A stretch of DNA of 64,000 bases from Balanoglossus misakiensis (GCA_040954595.2 CM082584.2:10138190-10202189); one strand, 5' to 3'. Positions 36,001 through 50,900 are shown, counted from the first letter of the stretch. A program made the numbers and translations. Notes: generated by a model not told the origin, from the sequence alone.

Positions 36001-36988
36001 TACCGTCAGAATCTAACGGTAGTATTTTTGCGTTATGTTTCAGTGTACACATGCATGGCATATGATAACTGAATGCAGAGTGCTTGATTTCAGCAAAAAC
36101 AGCCAGTTTGCAACTCGATTTGAGAACTGGTTCTTATGAGCAGATAGATGGAGCTTTTCACTGTCTGTCCTCTCTAACATCCATTTCTTTTTTTGATTTT
36201 GAGTACATAGGAGTGACTTATCAGTACATGTAACTCACAGGTGACTCACTTACCAACGGTAGACAGGTGACAAGTACGTCGGTGACACACACTTACAGTA
36301 ACACACTTATCAGCAGTGGGTAGATAGATGGATAATACGCTTACCAGCGGTAACTCGGTGACACGCTTACAAAACATTGGTGACATGCTAATAGGGGACT
36401 TTGGTGACATACTTGTTAGACATGAGGATCACATACATGTACACAAACTGGGGACACACTTGATAGTACATGGGAGGTACACTGACTACATGTAGCTGTA
36501 TGAGTAACATGCTTACCACGGTATAAATATATACATGTACACACATACATTGTAGAATGTCTTGTCCTTTTGCTGTAACACACAATTATATGTGTCAGTT
36601 TGTTTTTGTTATTGTTGTGTGTTTACATTCATATAAACTGACAACTTTGTGTTTCCTCGTTTGTGTTTTTATTTCAGCTCCACTTTCTGCTCGGGAAAAT
36701 GTCAGTGATTTCAAAGTTGTAGAATTCTACAGCACAGCGCTGGACACATTGGCCTTGTACACATCTGGCGTAGATGCCATTTCGGGTACAAATGTTGCCA
36801 TGGGTACAATGGATACTTTAATCCATTTTTTTTCTTCCATTTACAGCCTCTCTATCCATATTGACAATATGGAACACTGGACCAATGCAAAGTCGGAATG
36901 GACAGGGAAGTCTCACAGAAAGCTATTTGACGACACCACGAGAAAACTCTACCACAAGATGTACAGAACGGCTAAAGATGAGAGTTGA
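30058..36988 (+). CDS. SPATA6: Spermatogenesis-associated protein 6 (SPATA6/SPATA6L family), multi-exon
   Basis: Exon 30058-30105 MPRKALRVVVELNIEA; 31213-31350 VTCPGTFLREREDVYLSVCLLG..PPVFPLL..FER; 31470-31691 ..DP..ELIQL..RDFLYP; ~31895 GISPKLEFS; ~32225 YEVPTISS..RPPFVVR; further exons ~32720, ~33248, ~34273, 34557-34871 (RIHDRV) and ~35513-35628. Last exon 36848-36988 IHIDNMEHW....WTGKSHRKLF...KLYHKMY resembles the SPATA6 C-terminus. Some middle exons are uncertain. Confidence 0.88.
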
Positions 36989-38945
36989 AAGGTCAACTTT
37001 AACTATATTAGAGGCAGTCAAGCATTTTTCCTGCATCTTTGTCAGAATCCTAACCCAAGCTGCAATTTTTAAATTCCACTAAGTTCGAATTGTTCGATTA
37101 AAAAGTTCCCAATAAAACTCAAGTTGCCAAATGTTGCCAAAATGTTTTGATGTTAGAGTTCTTTCCTGTCTTGACAAGAAATACTTATCACATGTCTATT
37201 TTTATCACAAGACTACCCGGGTTATTCTTATTGGGTATATTTTATAAGCACGCAGAATTTCCTATCAAATTCAATTATTAATAGAAAGCTATGATGTCAG
37301 TATTTTAATATCAGTCAGTACATTTCATATGGAAAAATAAATGATTAGCATATTTTCACAATGCTGCAGATTAGATACAAAGTGAACAATAAAGATATGA
37401 GAGAAGTTATGGTTTGCAAAACTTGACCTTGTATTCATTTTTTTCTGTCATGTGATCTGTAATGGTCAATCTCAGCATGCAGTGTGTTGTTAAATATTTA
37501 TGTATTTTTGTTTTTAGAGATTTGCATGATTGAATTGCGCATTAGAAAGCCTTCAGAAAGCTGTATCAACCAGCAAACATCCCATCTCAGCACACTCTGG
37601 GAAACATGCTGGGAAACTTTTGTTGACACGTTCACAAGAATACAGGAAAAATACTAAAGTTCTAACTATATCCTGGCAGTGCTTATACTATATAATTGAC
37701 AATCATGTTTTACCAATATCATTGCACACATTTTGATGTTATTTTGTTGGTGTACTTATATTCTGTGTTTTTATGTACGAGTCCGACATTTTCTGTTATA
37801 AATATACATAGATTTATAAATGAAAGAAGTTTTTTGGGGGATGATAATGTATATAGCTTTAAAATAATGTACGACCTGAAATATAAGTCTGGGATTAATT
37901 GTAATATTTCAGTGGAATATTTGACTGTTACTTCATTCAGATCTTTTAGAAATATCCCTGAGCTTTCTATCCAGTTTTATCACATTAAATGCTTCTTTTT
38001 AACAAGGATCGCTTTGTGGTCGTCGTGTACCTGTATGTATGTGTGTGAGTGTGTACAACAGCCCCGGCAATATGAATGGACATAACATAGAAGTGAATCA
38101 TTGAAGATAGTTTATTGGCCGGACTTTAAAAAAGAAACCTAGCTCTTCAAATTGTGATTGTGCAAATGTTATGATTGAAGTTTTATAGTTGAGCTAGTCT
38201 TCTCTAGGCAAGAAGTGCACCACTAAAAACAAATGCCACTAGTTTTGTGTATGAAGTATAAAGTGTTCAGTTACAAGACTTCCCCTGTGATTGCAATGTA
38301 CATCTTGTACATTTTCACATGGAAAGAGATAATTATACAGTAAATGTATTGACAAATTATCACAAACTTTACATCATTTATATTCTTGTTCAACCCTCCC
38401 ACAACCTGTTCTCTAACGATGAGCATATTACACCTTGAATCAACCCTTTCTTCAACAGCCTAGAAAGAAGGATCATGTTGGCATGTACAAAATATGTAAG
38501 TACAGGTCATCAAGTCTGCCTGTCTGACAAAGTACTTGACTTCAAATCTTTTATCAGCGAAAAAAATTATTGTTAATGTTGCTACTGTGTACTGCATGTT
38601 TTAAAGAACAGCAGTTTGTCAAACAACAAAAATCTGAAGAGAAAAACCACCAAAATATACCCACATTTGAACACATTGAACCTTGTTGCCCTTCACCTAT
38701 GACTCCACATGGTTGTAAATAACATATACCGGTACTTTTACACAGCTCATTTAATCCACAGTTCTGATAAAAAAATAAAGTTAAAATCAAGCATATTCCT
38801 TTATTTGTAAGTATACTACGTACCCAGTTACAGTTAACGTCCACCAGAACTGCAACAAGTTGGGTTGAATTTGCGAGATGTCACAAGTCCCACATCTGTG
38901 GTGGTGCAATTCCAGTAATGGCTCAAATATAAGATTATATCTGTT

Positions 38946-41900
38946 CTATGTTGCATTCAACTCGTCCTCTTCAGCCACAAGTTTGTAAACCAGCTGCAAA
39001 ATACAAAATGCAGTGATTTCATTGAAAAAGTGAAACAATAATTACCAAAACAGTGTCTTTCCTATCAAGCAATCAAAGAGATATCAGATAGGCTACAGTT
39101 GTGATTCTGTAAAGTCAAATTCAAAGGCTACCATAGCAGGTTTGGAATAATTCTACAGTAGGCATACATATACCGTACCATGGAGGGTACTGGTACTTAC
39201 ACTTTTGAATTTTGCAGCGAGACTGGCTGCGAACTCCCTCTCAGCTCTTCCCTGTGGAATCAACGTCTTCAGTGGCTTGGAAGGAACTTCGTGCGTGTAG
39301 TCGGCCAGTCTGTGTGGTGGGATGTACTCCGTGTTTGCATTGGTCAACGGCTGGGGTATCTCGTCGTGCCGTCGGGCGTCCGAGATTCGCACAAAAACCG
39401 AACTGTTCTCCGCTGGTTTCACCTGCCAATCAAGCACAGCGCGATGATGTCATTTTCTGGATTTTACCTCAGAATTTATCATATGTGTAAGTTTTCGTGC
39501 TTAGGAGTGTGTGCAGAAGTGTTTACAGTTGTAGATAAATATAAATCTTAATGTTTCACAAGCCACCTACCCCAGATTCACTGAGAGCCTCCTTAACAGG
39601 CAGTCTTGTCAAAGCATTGAGGATATCTGGCGTGGGGTTTCCTTCATACAGTGGAAGTTGAAAGGTGTCCGTGATTGCATAGTGCTTGTCAAATATCTGG
39701 ATTGCTGTCCATGCCTGCAATGCAAAAATAAAAAAACACTCTTTCACCCCTATGTCAATGTAAATGGTTCCAACCATGCTGTAGAAAACAATGGTGGTCC
39801 AAACCAAACTGTTCTGGATGGGTGCCAGGGTCTATAGAGCTCACCTGGTCCATGAGACCATATTTGTATCTGTCCGAGTGCACAGTGACACCGATCTCTT
39901 GAAGATGGATGATCAGAGTCAGGTACTTGTGGAAGTGTCTGTTCGGATACCAGTGCCAACTGTCGTGCCACACGGGAGCCTTGAAATTACTCCCAAAATC
40001 CAACTGTTCAACGAACACCAATCTGTCGTACGCCATGTTTTCGCTTCCCTGCAATAAAATGGTGGAAGTTATAATTTCAAAGTTTAAAAAAATTGACACT
40101 TATTTTTCTCTGCCCCGCGACTTCAGTGAGAGTTGGGTTTGAGAGACAGACATACATTTCATGTACTTGTACTGGTATTATCAGTTTAAGAAGGGGTTAG
40201 TTTAGACAGCTTTTACTTGTGTTTAAACATTATCTTCAGTGACTCACGTAATAGAAACTTCCTGGAGGATTGAGGCACATGGACGCCATTGTAAACTTGG
40301 CCCAGGGCAAGTTCATTGCGCCATCGATGGAGACACGCAAGCCGTGGTAGGGCTGATAGCGGCAAATGATGTTCATGTCTAGATCCAGTGGTGGAATGTC
40401 CAGTAGTCGGGTGAGCTGAGCCTGGGGTTTGTACAAGAAAAAAGAGAAAGCCTTAAGAGAGGTAGGTAACACCAAATAATGTGAAAATTGTTCCCACAAA
40501 TGGGAAAAGTTAAATGGCCTTTCCTTCACTGTCATCATTAAAAAAATGAAAGCACCTTCATTCATGCTATATCAGCAACTGTACAGAAGCCCAATTCATA
40601 GTAGCAGTAGTGAGCAATTTGAGCTAACTGATTGATAGCCAGCTTGTTCATCTGCACTGCCTTGTTAAGAACGGACTGATGCGATCACATGACCACAATA
40701 TTGTCTCACCCCAATCCACTGAGAAATGTTCTTATCCGTCCGAAGCTTCTTCTCCCTCCCGTCTCCGATCATGGAGATCACGTCTCTCTGCCGGACCATC
40801 TTTCTGCGGATCTGGGTGTGGAACATCTTGTTCTCCCCGCGGGTCGGTTCACACTCCATGGACAGATAGACGCCGTCAGCATACAGCGGCCTCGGAACCA
40901 TCAGTCCGAACCTTGACCAATCAGACTCCGGGACTCTGTCGGCTTCTAGCGGTTTGCCTTGTGGTCCAATAGCTGCACGCACTATCCGCACCAATACACT
41001 CGCGCACGGTACAAATCTGTCACAGTTGGACAACAAAGACATCGATCAGTCTTATATATCTATATCAGAATTCTTCAATCAATCCTGAAGAATACCGGTA
41101 CTAAATGTGACAATATCAGGTAAGCCATGTTGGCTTTCAGGGCATACATTAACAATTCAAAATACTCCCTGCAAGTTACCTTTGTGTCTGTCGCAGTGTT
41201 TGATTGGTCAACGGTTTGTTAGCATTGGGACCAAGATGATACAGTCGAAGTTGATGAGCGCCCTCGTTGAGCGAGATCTGAACCGCGCCCGTGTCGGCTG
41301 GTGGTTGCTTCTCAGTCCCGGACACGACAAAGATGTTCAACGATGCAAATCCTACGACCGTTAGTCTCTTTGTGTACCGGTCGATAGTGTACACCTACAA
41401 AAAATGAGAAATGACCCTAATTTAATCAGGAGTATATTAACAGTGTAGTAGGCATTCTACTTTTTTGAATGGCTCAAATTATGGCCTGCGAAAAACAACA
41501 TTTGTCAAAAGACTGTCAAATTGGGAAAACTCTGCACTATGGAGTCATATTGTTCATGTTTATGACACAAGCCAGGGTCGACCAGCCCTACATCTGTAAA
41601 TTAAATAAATCCCCACACCTTAATCAAAAGTGTAGCAGATGCTGGAATGGCTAGGTCTCTGAACTCCTGCCGGAAATTATAAACCGGATTAAAGATATCA
41701 CTGTCTAGTGACACCGTGGTGGTGATATCTTTACCGATTCTGAAACAGAAATCAAATTGAAAAAATATATCAGTATAAAGAGTTACAGCTGGGGTTGTGA
41801 TATGGCTGTATTGACTTAGGCTACATGAGTCATGACAGCCCCTGTCCAATCATGTTGGTATTTTGTGAATAAGTCTATAATCCTCTGTAAGCCTAACAAT

Positions 41901-44900
41901 ATTTTCAATCACATCGGTGTTCTGTTTGAACAGCCCGGATTAACTAATATAGAAGGATTCACTGCATATTTTTTCTTCATGCAAAATGATGAAAACTCAC
42001 TTGTCGAATTTTTTGTCGAATATTCGTCCAGCCACCCTGCTGATGGTGACGCCGTCCGGTAGATGTCTCGCGCCATCTATGTACAAGTCGAAACCGTCGC
42101 CAGAATTGAAGGGTTCTGCCGGTGGAATATCTCTCTCACAAGGAATCCATGCATCCTGCAGAGGTTCAAAGGGTATAAACAGTTGGCATAGCAACAGGCA
42201 AGTTACTTGATCATAACTCAAAGAATATAACCAGTGAGTCAGGCAATGGAGCCCTCTTGCGGTAACCAGGTCATACCAGTCTGTCAAGTCGAATAAGCTA
42301 GTCCATCACTGTAACAGTCTGTCTCTAACAGCGAAGGTCGCATGAGGTCACGTCAAATGTCACTTAAGGCTCACCTCAGGTACGTCATCTTCCAGGTCAC
42401 TGGCGATTGTCGATGGTGTCAGGGTGCCGGGTGGCTTACCAGTGAAAATGTGAAATCGTACTGAACATTTGCCGAATTTGACCCAATCTTTCGGGTACTG
42501 GTGGGGCTGAAAAAATCAAAGATGCATGCTTGGTTTAGAGTATGATACTGCTAATTTCATAAACTTGGTACACGAACTTAAAAGTTTGTACAACTTCAAA
42601 ACTGATGACATCGCTTGAGATGTACCGGTATTTATTCCTTACCATCAACGGAATATCTCTGATAGCCGGAACAGGGGGATAATACATGCGAAGTTTGTGA
42701 CTCCCAGTGTGAACCCGATTGATCCCACCTACAAGAAAAACAAATAATGATGTCACATGATCCCTGGTACAAGTGACCAGTGATCACCAGGCAACAGTTG
42801 TTGGGCAACAGTTCATGGTTTCCTAGCAAACATTTATCGTTGCCTGGCAACCTAGTTTTCATTTTCTTTTGGAACACACTGTACGATTGTATTTATACTA
42901 TGCATTTCATGAAATACTCTCAACGAAACCTTTCAACATCAATATTTTGGTGAAAGGCAAGGAAGGCATGCAACATTTATAATGCTGTTACGGATCACGA
43001 ATACAAAGGTTATTTCTCACGGTAATTTTTCGAAAAAGCATTCGAATCTTTAAGGTTCAAATACACATTTACCATAGACTTGTACCAGTGGCATAACAGC
43101 CCATGCTATCAACTTTTCTTCGTCCAGTAACGGAACTTCTGCCGCCAAATCATCCGGCATATTGTCGGTCTTCATTCGCTGGCGGAGATAGAACCTAGCA
43201 ACCAGTATCATGTCTGTCTGGAAATTGATGTCGTTGAACTGCGCCTGCATAGATACCAGAAATAATAGATCATGATCACCATGGTAACAGTTCTAAATCA
43301 TGCCTGTTTCACCGTGCACCAAACTGACGTTGAAAATGTCCTTGATTTTCCTTATTTTTTGATGTACAGACATATGATACAACACAATCGCAACGACACA
43401 CATGCAGGTCTCGGGGACTGCCGATACCGCAACATTGGTTCCAACTCTGCCTTGAAACAGATGTAAATTCTTCAGGGTTCAAGAGCAACCTACCTCTTGC
43501 TGTCCGAACACGTGGTAACCATACTTGAAATTACTGTGCACCGGAGTAGTGGTACAGGTTATGGCCGTCTCGTCGGCTTTGGCTGGTTGTCCGGTGTACT
43601 GGTGGTACACGGTCAATCGAACCTAAAAGTTACAGAAAGTAACCATGACATTAGTCGCTGTTGTGCGTATTGTAAGGAATGAGAACACTGGTTCATGTGA
43701 AATACTAGTAGTTTCCTTTCTAAAGAATGGTGTTCAGTATAAACAGGTTTCTAGACGAATAGACAGATTTGACAGGTTTTGATGTAAAAGTTCTCCCGAC
43801 TTACTTTTCCTTCACCTCCTGGAGCATGCCGCACTCTGTCCACCTGCAGTCCAAGGACATTCCCGACATCCATAGGCACCGGTTTGGGAGGCAGCGCTAC
43901 AATTGGCCGGGTGTACTGACCTCCGGGCGAACTCCGTCGAGTTTTCTTTGGGGAGTGGTACGTCTGGACGGGTGTGTATTTGGGTCTGGGCGTCACGTCT
44001 AGCGGTAGCCTCAACTCTTCCCTTGATGGGTATAGATAATATATGGCATGTAGGATATGGGAGCCAGGGTGGGGGTTTGAGGGGGGTTAGTGGCTAACTC
44101 AGAGTACAAGATCACAGGAGTGAAGAGACTACTGTCACTACAACTGACTGCAACTGTATTTCATTCTCCAAATCATGCTGCAGGAATTAAAGAGCACAAA
44201 ATATATGCCTTGCTGCAGGATCTAATCAATCCATCTTCAGAATCTGAATTATTAGTGTCAGGGTGAAATACAAATGGACTAAACTTCCTTGATTATATCT
44301 AGCCAGGGCTAATTACATTAAGGATCTGATCTGTGTTGAGCTGCAGAACCATTTGTAGGATCAGCTTTGTGTTCAAATGTAGGATATGTACTAGGACATT
44401 AGGATGTAAATGTACTGCTGTTTTTTATGTTATAGGCTACAGACAACAGTTGTCTTCTGAAACACGACTAAGTATGTGTCAGCTACACTCTGTTTTTGAT
44501 GACTTTTTTCTCTCTATCAATGTGGCTTGCCTTGTTCTTGTCTAACCAGTTTCTCGTATCCACACCCTTGTGCATTATTGTGCATACAACACCTTTTCAT
44601 GTTGGCACATCAGGCATATACATCTGCCTGGCTATTGTATATAAATTTGTGAAAATCAGACAATAAAACCGATAGCTGTAAAAGGCCCTAACAAAAGCAA
44701 ACACATTTACCGCCCATATAATTCTATCCAGAGTACTTTATTTCAGTTGTGTGAGTTGTTGTGTTTGCTTTGGGTGTGATCCAGTGAAAAACGGAACAAA
44801 GCTAACAAAAGACACTTTTTTGTGTGGCCTCTCTGAGTGTCAAAAAATACACACATACTAATCTCTTTTTTTTCATCAGAGGTTTATTGCCGATAGTTTG

Positions 44901-47900
44901 ATGAAAGGTACAAATATTTCCCCTGAAGTAAAAGAGTCTATAGTATGATACAAATCTGTTTGTACAGAGTAATAAACAGAGTGGCCATGTAAAAAAGTTC
45001 TTTTGTTTCTCATTCCGTTTTATGTTTTGTGTTTTGTTGTGTGGTGTGCAAATCAGGCCTATGAGAAATTTCATTTCAGACTTAGTTGTAGTCTGTTGTG
45101 ACCAGACAGACACAGCAATATTTTAGGTATATAGTTTGAACAGCGAAACTGGCTATCAAATTTTCAGTTATGTCAGGATTGACATAGATAATACTTGTTT
45201 TCAATGGTGAAATTAGCTAGTTAATTGCTGCCAGACGAGAAACAAAACAATTTTTTTTCGTGGCCTGACAAATAGTAGGTTTCTTGAGTTTATAATGACG
45301 GTATGACTGAACAGTATGGGTGAGCACAAAGCATTTGTGACCATAGCTGTCTAATTTGTGATGGCCAGATGAAAAATTCAGCTAAAATAATGCAGGTACA
45401 GGATACTGAAATATTGGATAATGCAGTATAATAGTTGGGACAAGGCTATAATTCTGTGTACAATTTCTGCTTGGTGATTGGTCAGTCAATGGCAAATTGC
45501 TGGCCAAGCTGTCAGTCACACCAGACCAATATACTTACAGTCTCACAAGGCTAGAGATCAAAACTGATGAAATATTGGTGAAAATGGCAGCCTGACATCT
45601 TCACCGATATTTCAACATCACAATTAATTCATTATTAAATTTACATACTTTACACATAAATTGCAACAAATCCCTGATAATCTTCAGAACTGTGTTTATA
45701 CCCCTATAGTGGGATTTCATATAATTTGAAACGAAATTTAGCAATGGATGATAATGTAGTAAACTACAATTTGGAATTTTTAGAAGTGAACCTCTTTTCA
45801 GGCTATATCACATATAAACAAAACTTCATTTCTTTTTCACAAAACTCTACAAAATTCTTTTACTGTTCTATATATTTTTAAAGCAAAACAAAGTAACCTA
45901 GAAGATTCACCTGGGATTTGTCCTTGAAGAGCACACACAGACACGACACCGGTTAAAAATGTCTCCTCTCACCTTGGTGGTGGTGAGGGTGGCGGTGGGA
46001 TCCCTCCACCCATGTACGGCCCACCACCCGCATAGGGACCACCCTGGCCACCACCAGCATAGGGTTGCCCTCCTCCTCCTTCACCTCCTCCGTAATAGGG
46101 TCCTCCCCCTCCCATATACCCCGCCATTCCTCCTTGGTACGGCACCCCTCCGTATCCTGATTCATAGGGCTGAGTGAATGTAAAGAATGGTACAGAAATT
46201 AGGGTCGTTAAAACTGTTCATGTCTCATTTTCAACATACGTTTGTTAGTTTTCTGTGCAACAAGACATCATGAATTCCGTCACTACGGCAGTAGATATTC
46301 GTCGGGTTCCATATAAGTACACAGTATAAGCAGTTACTTGACAGTGTACAGTGTAAAATGATAGCTTGATGATGCATTTTTAAAGGTACTATACCAAAGC
46401 AAATCTATAGCCACAGTTACCATGGAAAATGGGGATCTCCAACCAATCACAGATTTTCAAATGGGTACCAGTTAAAAAGAGTGACGTGCCATATCGCATG
46501 CCTGGACACGACTTTAGCACATAATCATGTATATTCACCTATATGTTCACACTGTTATAAAATCCCTGAAGTTTTCTTGTTAAAACTGTACTTACCATCG
46601 GTGGAAAAGTATAATGTTGTGCATGGCTTACGCTGACTGGCAAAGCGCCCTCTCTTGGCGCGTCTTTCCAATCAACCACGCGGTAGAAGATTTCTGCTCC
46701 TCCAAGCTGTCAACCAATCAAAGTTTGGATATTGGTAAATGTGTCAAAAATGTACCAGTACAAACTCACTGATTGGACAAAAACCTTATTACAGTAGTTC
46801 AGTCTTTGACTACGCCATTCTGTTGCCATGACGACGTTCACACCATAAGCATACCTGTGGGATACTGCTGAGTGCTTCAAAGCTGATATCCGGCCGCACT
46901 GGCGTGGCCCTAAGCGGTGCCTTCCATCTTCCGGTCAACACGTGGATTTGTCCGTCAAACAGCGGCAGCTTGGCCCAACACCTTGACACAAGACTTCGAC
47001 TGTCATGGGGCTGATTCGACATCTGAATTTCCACTATGACCCCCGTCGTCGGTTCAGGTTTGGCACTGTTGACAAGGAATGAAAATAAATAAATTATTCA
47101 TGCAAAATCATAAAAAATAAATGATTAAAAACTCTGTTCTTAAGATGACGTCTGCCTTAGGGAATGGAATTTCAAGAAAATTGTCAGTCTGAGAATAGGT
47201 CAGCAAATTAATTTTTTTTATCAATATTATTTCATCGTGTCTTCTTCGCGTTGCATTTGGGAGCAAGTATGCATTCCTTGTAAAGAACTGTCACAGTGTC
47301 TTTTTAATAGAAAAGGTCAAAAACAGCTTTCTGGGTTAAGTGGAATAATACCAAGTGATATCTTTGAAATATGCACGGTTTTTGTCATAACCTGCAGTCA
47401 AACACAGTACATGTACTGAGGTCAGATGTTCACAGTGTATCCGATCTTTTGTTACAAACAGTTTCAGGTTACAAAAGGTCTATTGTTAGTCCCTGTAAAA
47501 ATACCCAAGGCGCTGTCCTTGCCCCTTTAAATGATAACCCAAGATTTCTTTGCTCCGAGTCATCCAATAGACATTAGGTTCACCTACTTCGGCACTTGCT
47601 GCCTAGTTGCCACGGTAGCAGAGGCAAATCCGCCGTATCCCTGCACCGGTCCGTTGCAGTAAGTGACAGGGAAGGTGGTCGGATCGCCCAATTCATTCTC
47701 CCTTTCCCACTGCGCGGTGATAAGTCGCAGAATCTTCGCACCTGGCTCTAAACCCGTAATGAAATCAAAGAAAACTAGAAACCCTGACCTGAAAACGAAA
47801 TGTAAAAAGTTAATAACGGTGATCACGGGTTGGGGGAAACAGAAATCAGTAATGAGATGGCATGACTTGTGATTGTGAATCAACGCTTTTTAAAAATTTT

Positions 47901-50900
47901 TTAATTCTGATTGAAATTTTGAAATTACTTTTCAAAACAAATGTTTCTTGTCACCACAGAAAGCGATATTGATGACTCCAACGGTGGCCACCATATGCTT
48001 TTTTTTATCAGAGAGTTAAAAGGTCACGACAGATCAAACAGGACATTGATATCCATTCTCAAAGATGACCCCATTGTAGTCTGCAAACACACTATTGGAC
48101 TATCAGAATACAAAGGACACCTAAGGTGATTCTTTTATCTGTTGCATTCACGAACAGCGACATTCTTGGCGGCTGTAACGGTTTCCTAGCGACCGACACA
48201 AAAGCGTGATCCACCCAATCACAAGGGGTCCTGCCATCTCCATTGTTCAGATTCCGATCTCATAAAACATTTTAGTGTCCTCTTCAATTTGATTAGACAT
48301 GGTCATTTTCCCCGTTTTTATGCCCTCTACGAACAGCAAACAAAAGTTTCTGAAGACTCGCACCAACCATGCAAATTTTAACAAGAGGCAGTCTCTTTGT
48401 TGCATCAGTTGAAAGGCCAGCTGGAGACAATAGACCGAAAACCAGCAACAGTCAAAGTTTTTTCAGCTTAGAATGCTGTCCAGAATTTAATTTTTTTTCT
48501 CCATTTCGACCTAAACACACAAACACTGATCAGTGTATCATAGAAAACCACAGTTGAGTTTTCAATTTGTCACGTTTTTGTGTTGGAGCTCATAAAACGT
48601 AAGGGGCCATTTTGTGCTTCTGAATTTTATAGCACTGTTGCTCTATGGAGGCAGCCGAGACATGGAGACTCTGAATTTTATGCACAGCACATCTGTTTGA
48701 AGTAAACACGCATGCACAAGCATGTACATGATTGCATGCAGAGTCGATATGTTTTCATTTCAGTGTCATTTACATCATAGTATTTTACAAGCAACTTTTG
48801 ATTCAAACTCATCAGTTTCCTTCAAGGAAAATGAGCATGTCTATCCCATTTTTGACACACAAGTGCACACTAGGTGCCAGGATGATACAACCAATGGGAT
48901 TGCAACATCCAAAGCACTGTGTCGCACCTGGATACCCCCCCTTTTAACACCCAATCAAAGAACACGTTTTGCATCACTGACATGTCAGGCAGATTTCAGG
49001 AGCGGACTACGGACAACTAAGGCACAGAAGTGACAGACACGTTACTTCGACACAAACACAGACAAACCCACAAATACATAATTCACTTTATTTGTACAAC
49101 AAGTGGCGACTAACATAGAATTCTGCTTTTCCCTGAGAAGATGCCACGATCAGAGATGAAGCAATGCTTGCTTTCTTTCTTTTCATTTTGAATACCATTA
49201 CCATAAAAGTCTCTTTATACTGTAATAATACTACTGGCCAAAACTAGATGCAGTACAGATGACCAACATTTTTGGAAAATGCTGGTAAATTTGCACATCG
49301 TTTAATTAGGTCTTATCTTATGATTCAAATGTTGCTTCTACATCAATAGTAGCATCTTCTCAGCAAACCAAAGTAAATCTTTCCACAACTTGAGAGCTAT
49401 GGTGAAATGCGTAAACTCTTACATTTAAAAAAAAAGGTACTAGTAAATTATCAAAGGTCTCACAATGCAAAGAAACTCACACGAAATGGAAAAGACATCC
49501 ACATAAACAAATGTCATATTCCAATTCACAGAGTATTAAAAGATTGGAAAATATACATTGTAAAAAAATTATTATGAATAAGGCAAATACATCAACCACC
49601 AAAACAAGCGATGTACCATTCTTTAGAAAAAAACCTAAACACACATGTAACCTTTAACTCCTTATTTCCCAGTAAATTAGTCCAATCTTACCTGGATAAA
49701 AACTATGAAGTTACACCCAAGACCACCCTATCACCCCCATTTTCCTGTACATAGATCCAACTATAATAGAAAAACAACAGGATTGGCCCACTGTATGGGG
49801 GTGACAGAGTTAAAGATACCACTACCACCTAATTTAAACTTTGTCTCAGTAATGTGCTTTTTCTGTCAATTCTGTACCCCACAACTTTGTCACACTTACG
49901 TCACTATTCAGGTGGGATAAGAACATTAAAATGTGGGGTGTTGTGGTTCTATTTTTCTGTTCCAAACTCTCACTGTTGCGCAATACTATGGCAGAGGAGG
50001 TCATACATGTTCAGAATAAAAATAGTCGTAAATAATTCCGAACAGTATCACACAACAGTGAAACAAAACCCTAAACTAGCATCAATTATATGCCATACAT
50101 TGATTCCCACACCATACATCTTCCCATGAACTTGTGACAGGTTCAAAGGTCAGTCCTGGTGAGAATCTCAGCTGCTGCCTGACACGTCAGTGATTAATTT
50201 GCATAATGAACGCCCTCAGTAATAGAACAGCGGCGGGGCTGCTCCGTGCGGGGAGTTGATGATTACGATATTTGGAGTGGGATCAACGTCATACCCCGGT
50301 TGCCTCGGCGACAGTGGTGGTGGATACGCCACGGGCATTGGGGGAGGGGGGTACTGGGGAGGTGGTGGAGGAGGAGGAGGAGGGCTGCGAGGCCTTTGTT
50401 CATACCCTGCATAAGGCATTGGAAACATGGGAGCAAAGTCGATCTGTGGCTGTTCGGCCGGCTTGTTTTTGAGCTCTTTGCGCAGCCGGGCCAGGTCCTC
50501 TTGCAGTTCTCGCATTCTTCTCATGCTTTCTTCTGCAAAGCGAAAGATCGAGAGAATGAAAATGAAGGATGGAAAGAGGAGAGAATTATAAAAAGCAGCT
50601 TTAATATATGTAATGAAGATAAAACCTGAAACCATGCACACCTACAAATGTACAGAGCGCTTCACAGTATCGGTGCATTAACATCCAGCAAATGTAACAG
50701 ATGACATGATTGGCTACATGCACTAATAGCAGTGATGTGATAAAGAATTTCATGGCTATATGCACTAACAGCGGTGATATAACAAAGAATTTCATTGGAT
50801 CCCTGTACTCATAGTCATAGCAGCAAATATAGCAAACCACCCAATAGTGGCCCTCTGCACTGATGGAGAACACCATAACCTACCATAAACTAGTTCCTGT

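Noticed and set aside
36230-36520. Degenerate GGTGAC..ACTTAC repeats in a SPATA6 intron (CRISPR-like spacing considered)
   Set aside because: Eukaryotic intron, irregular and highly degenerate units and no cas genes; an ordinary decayed minisatellite.
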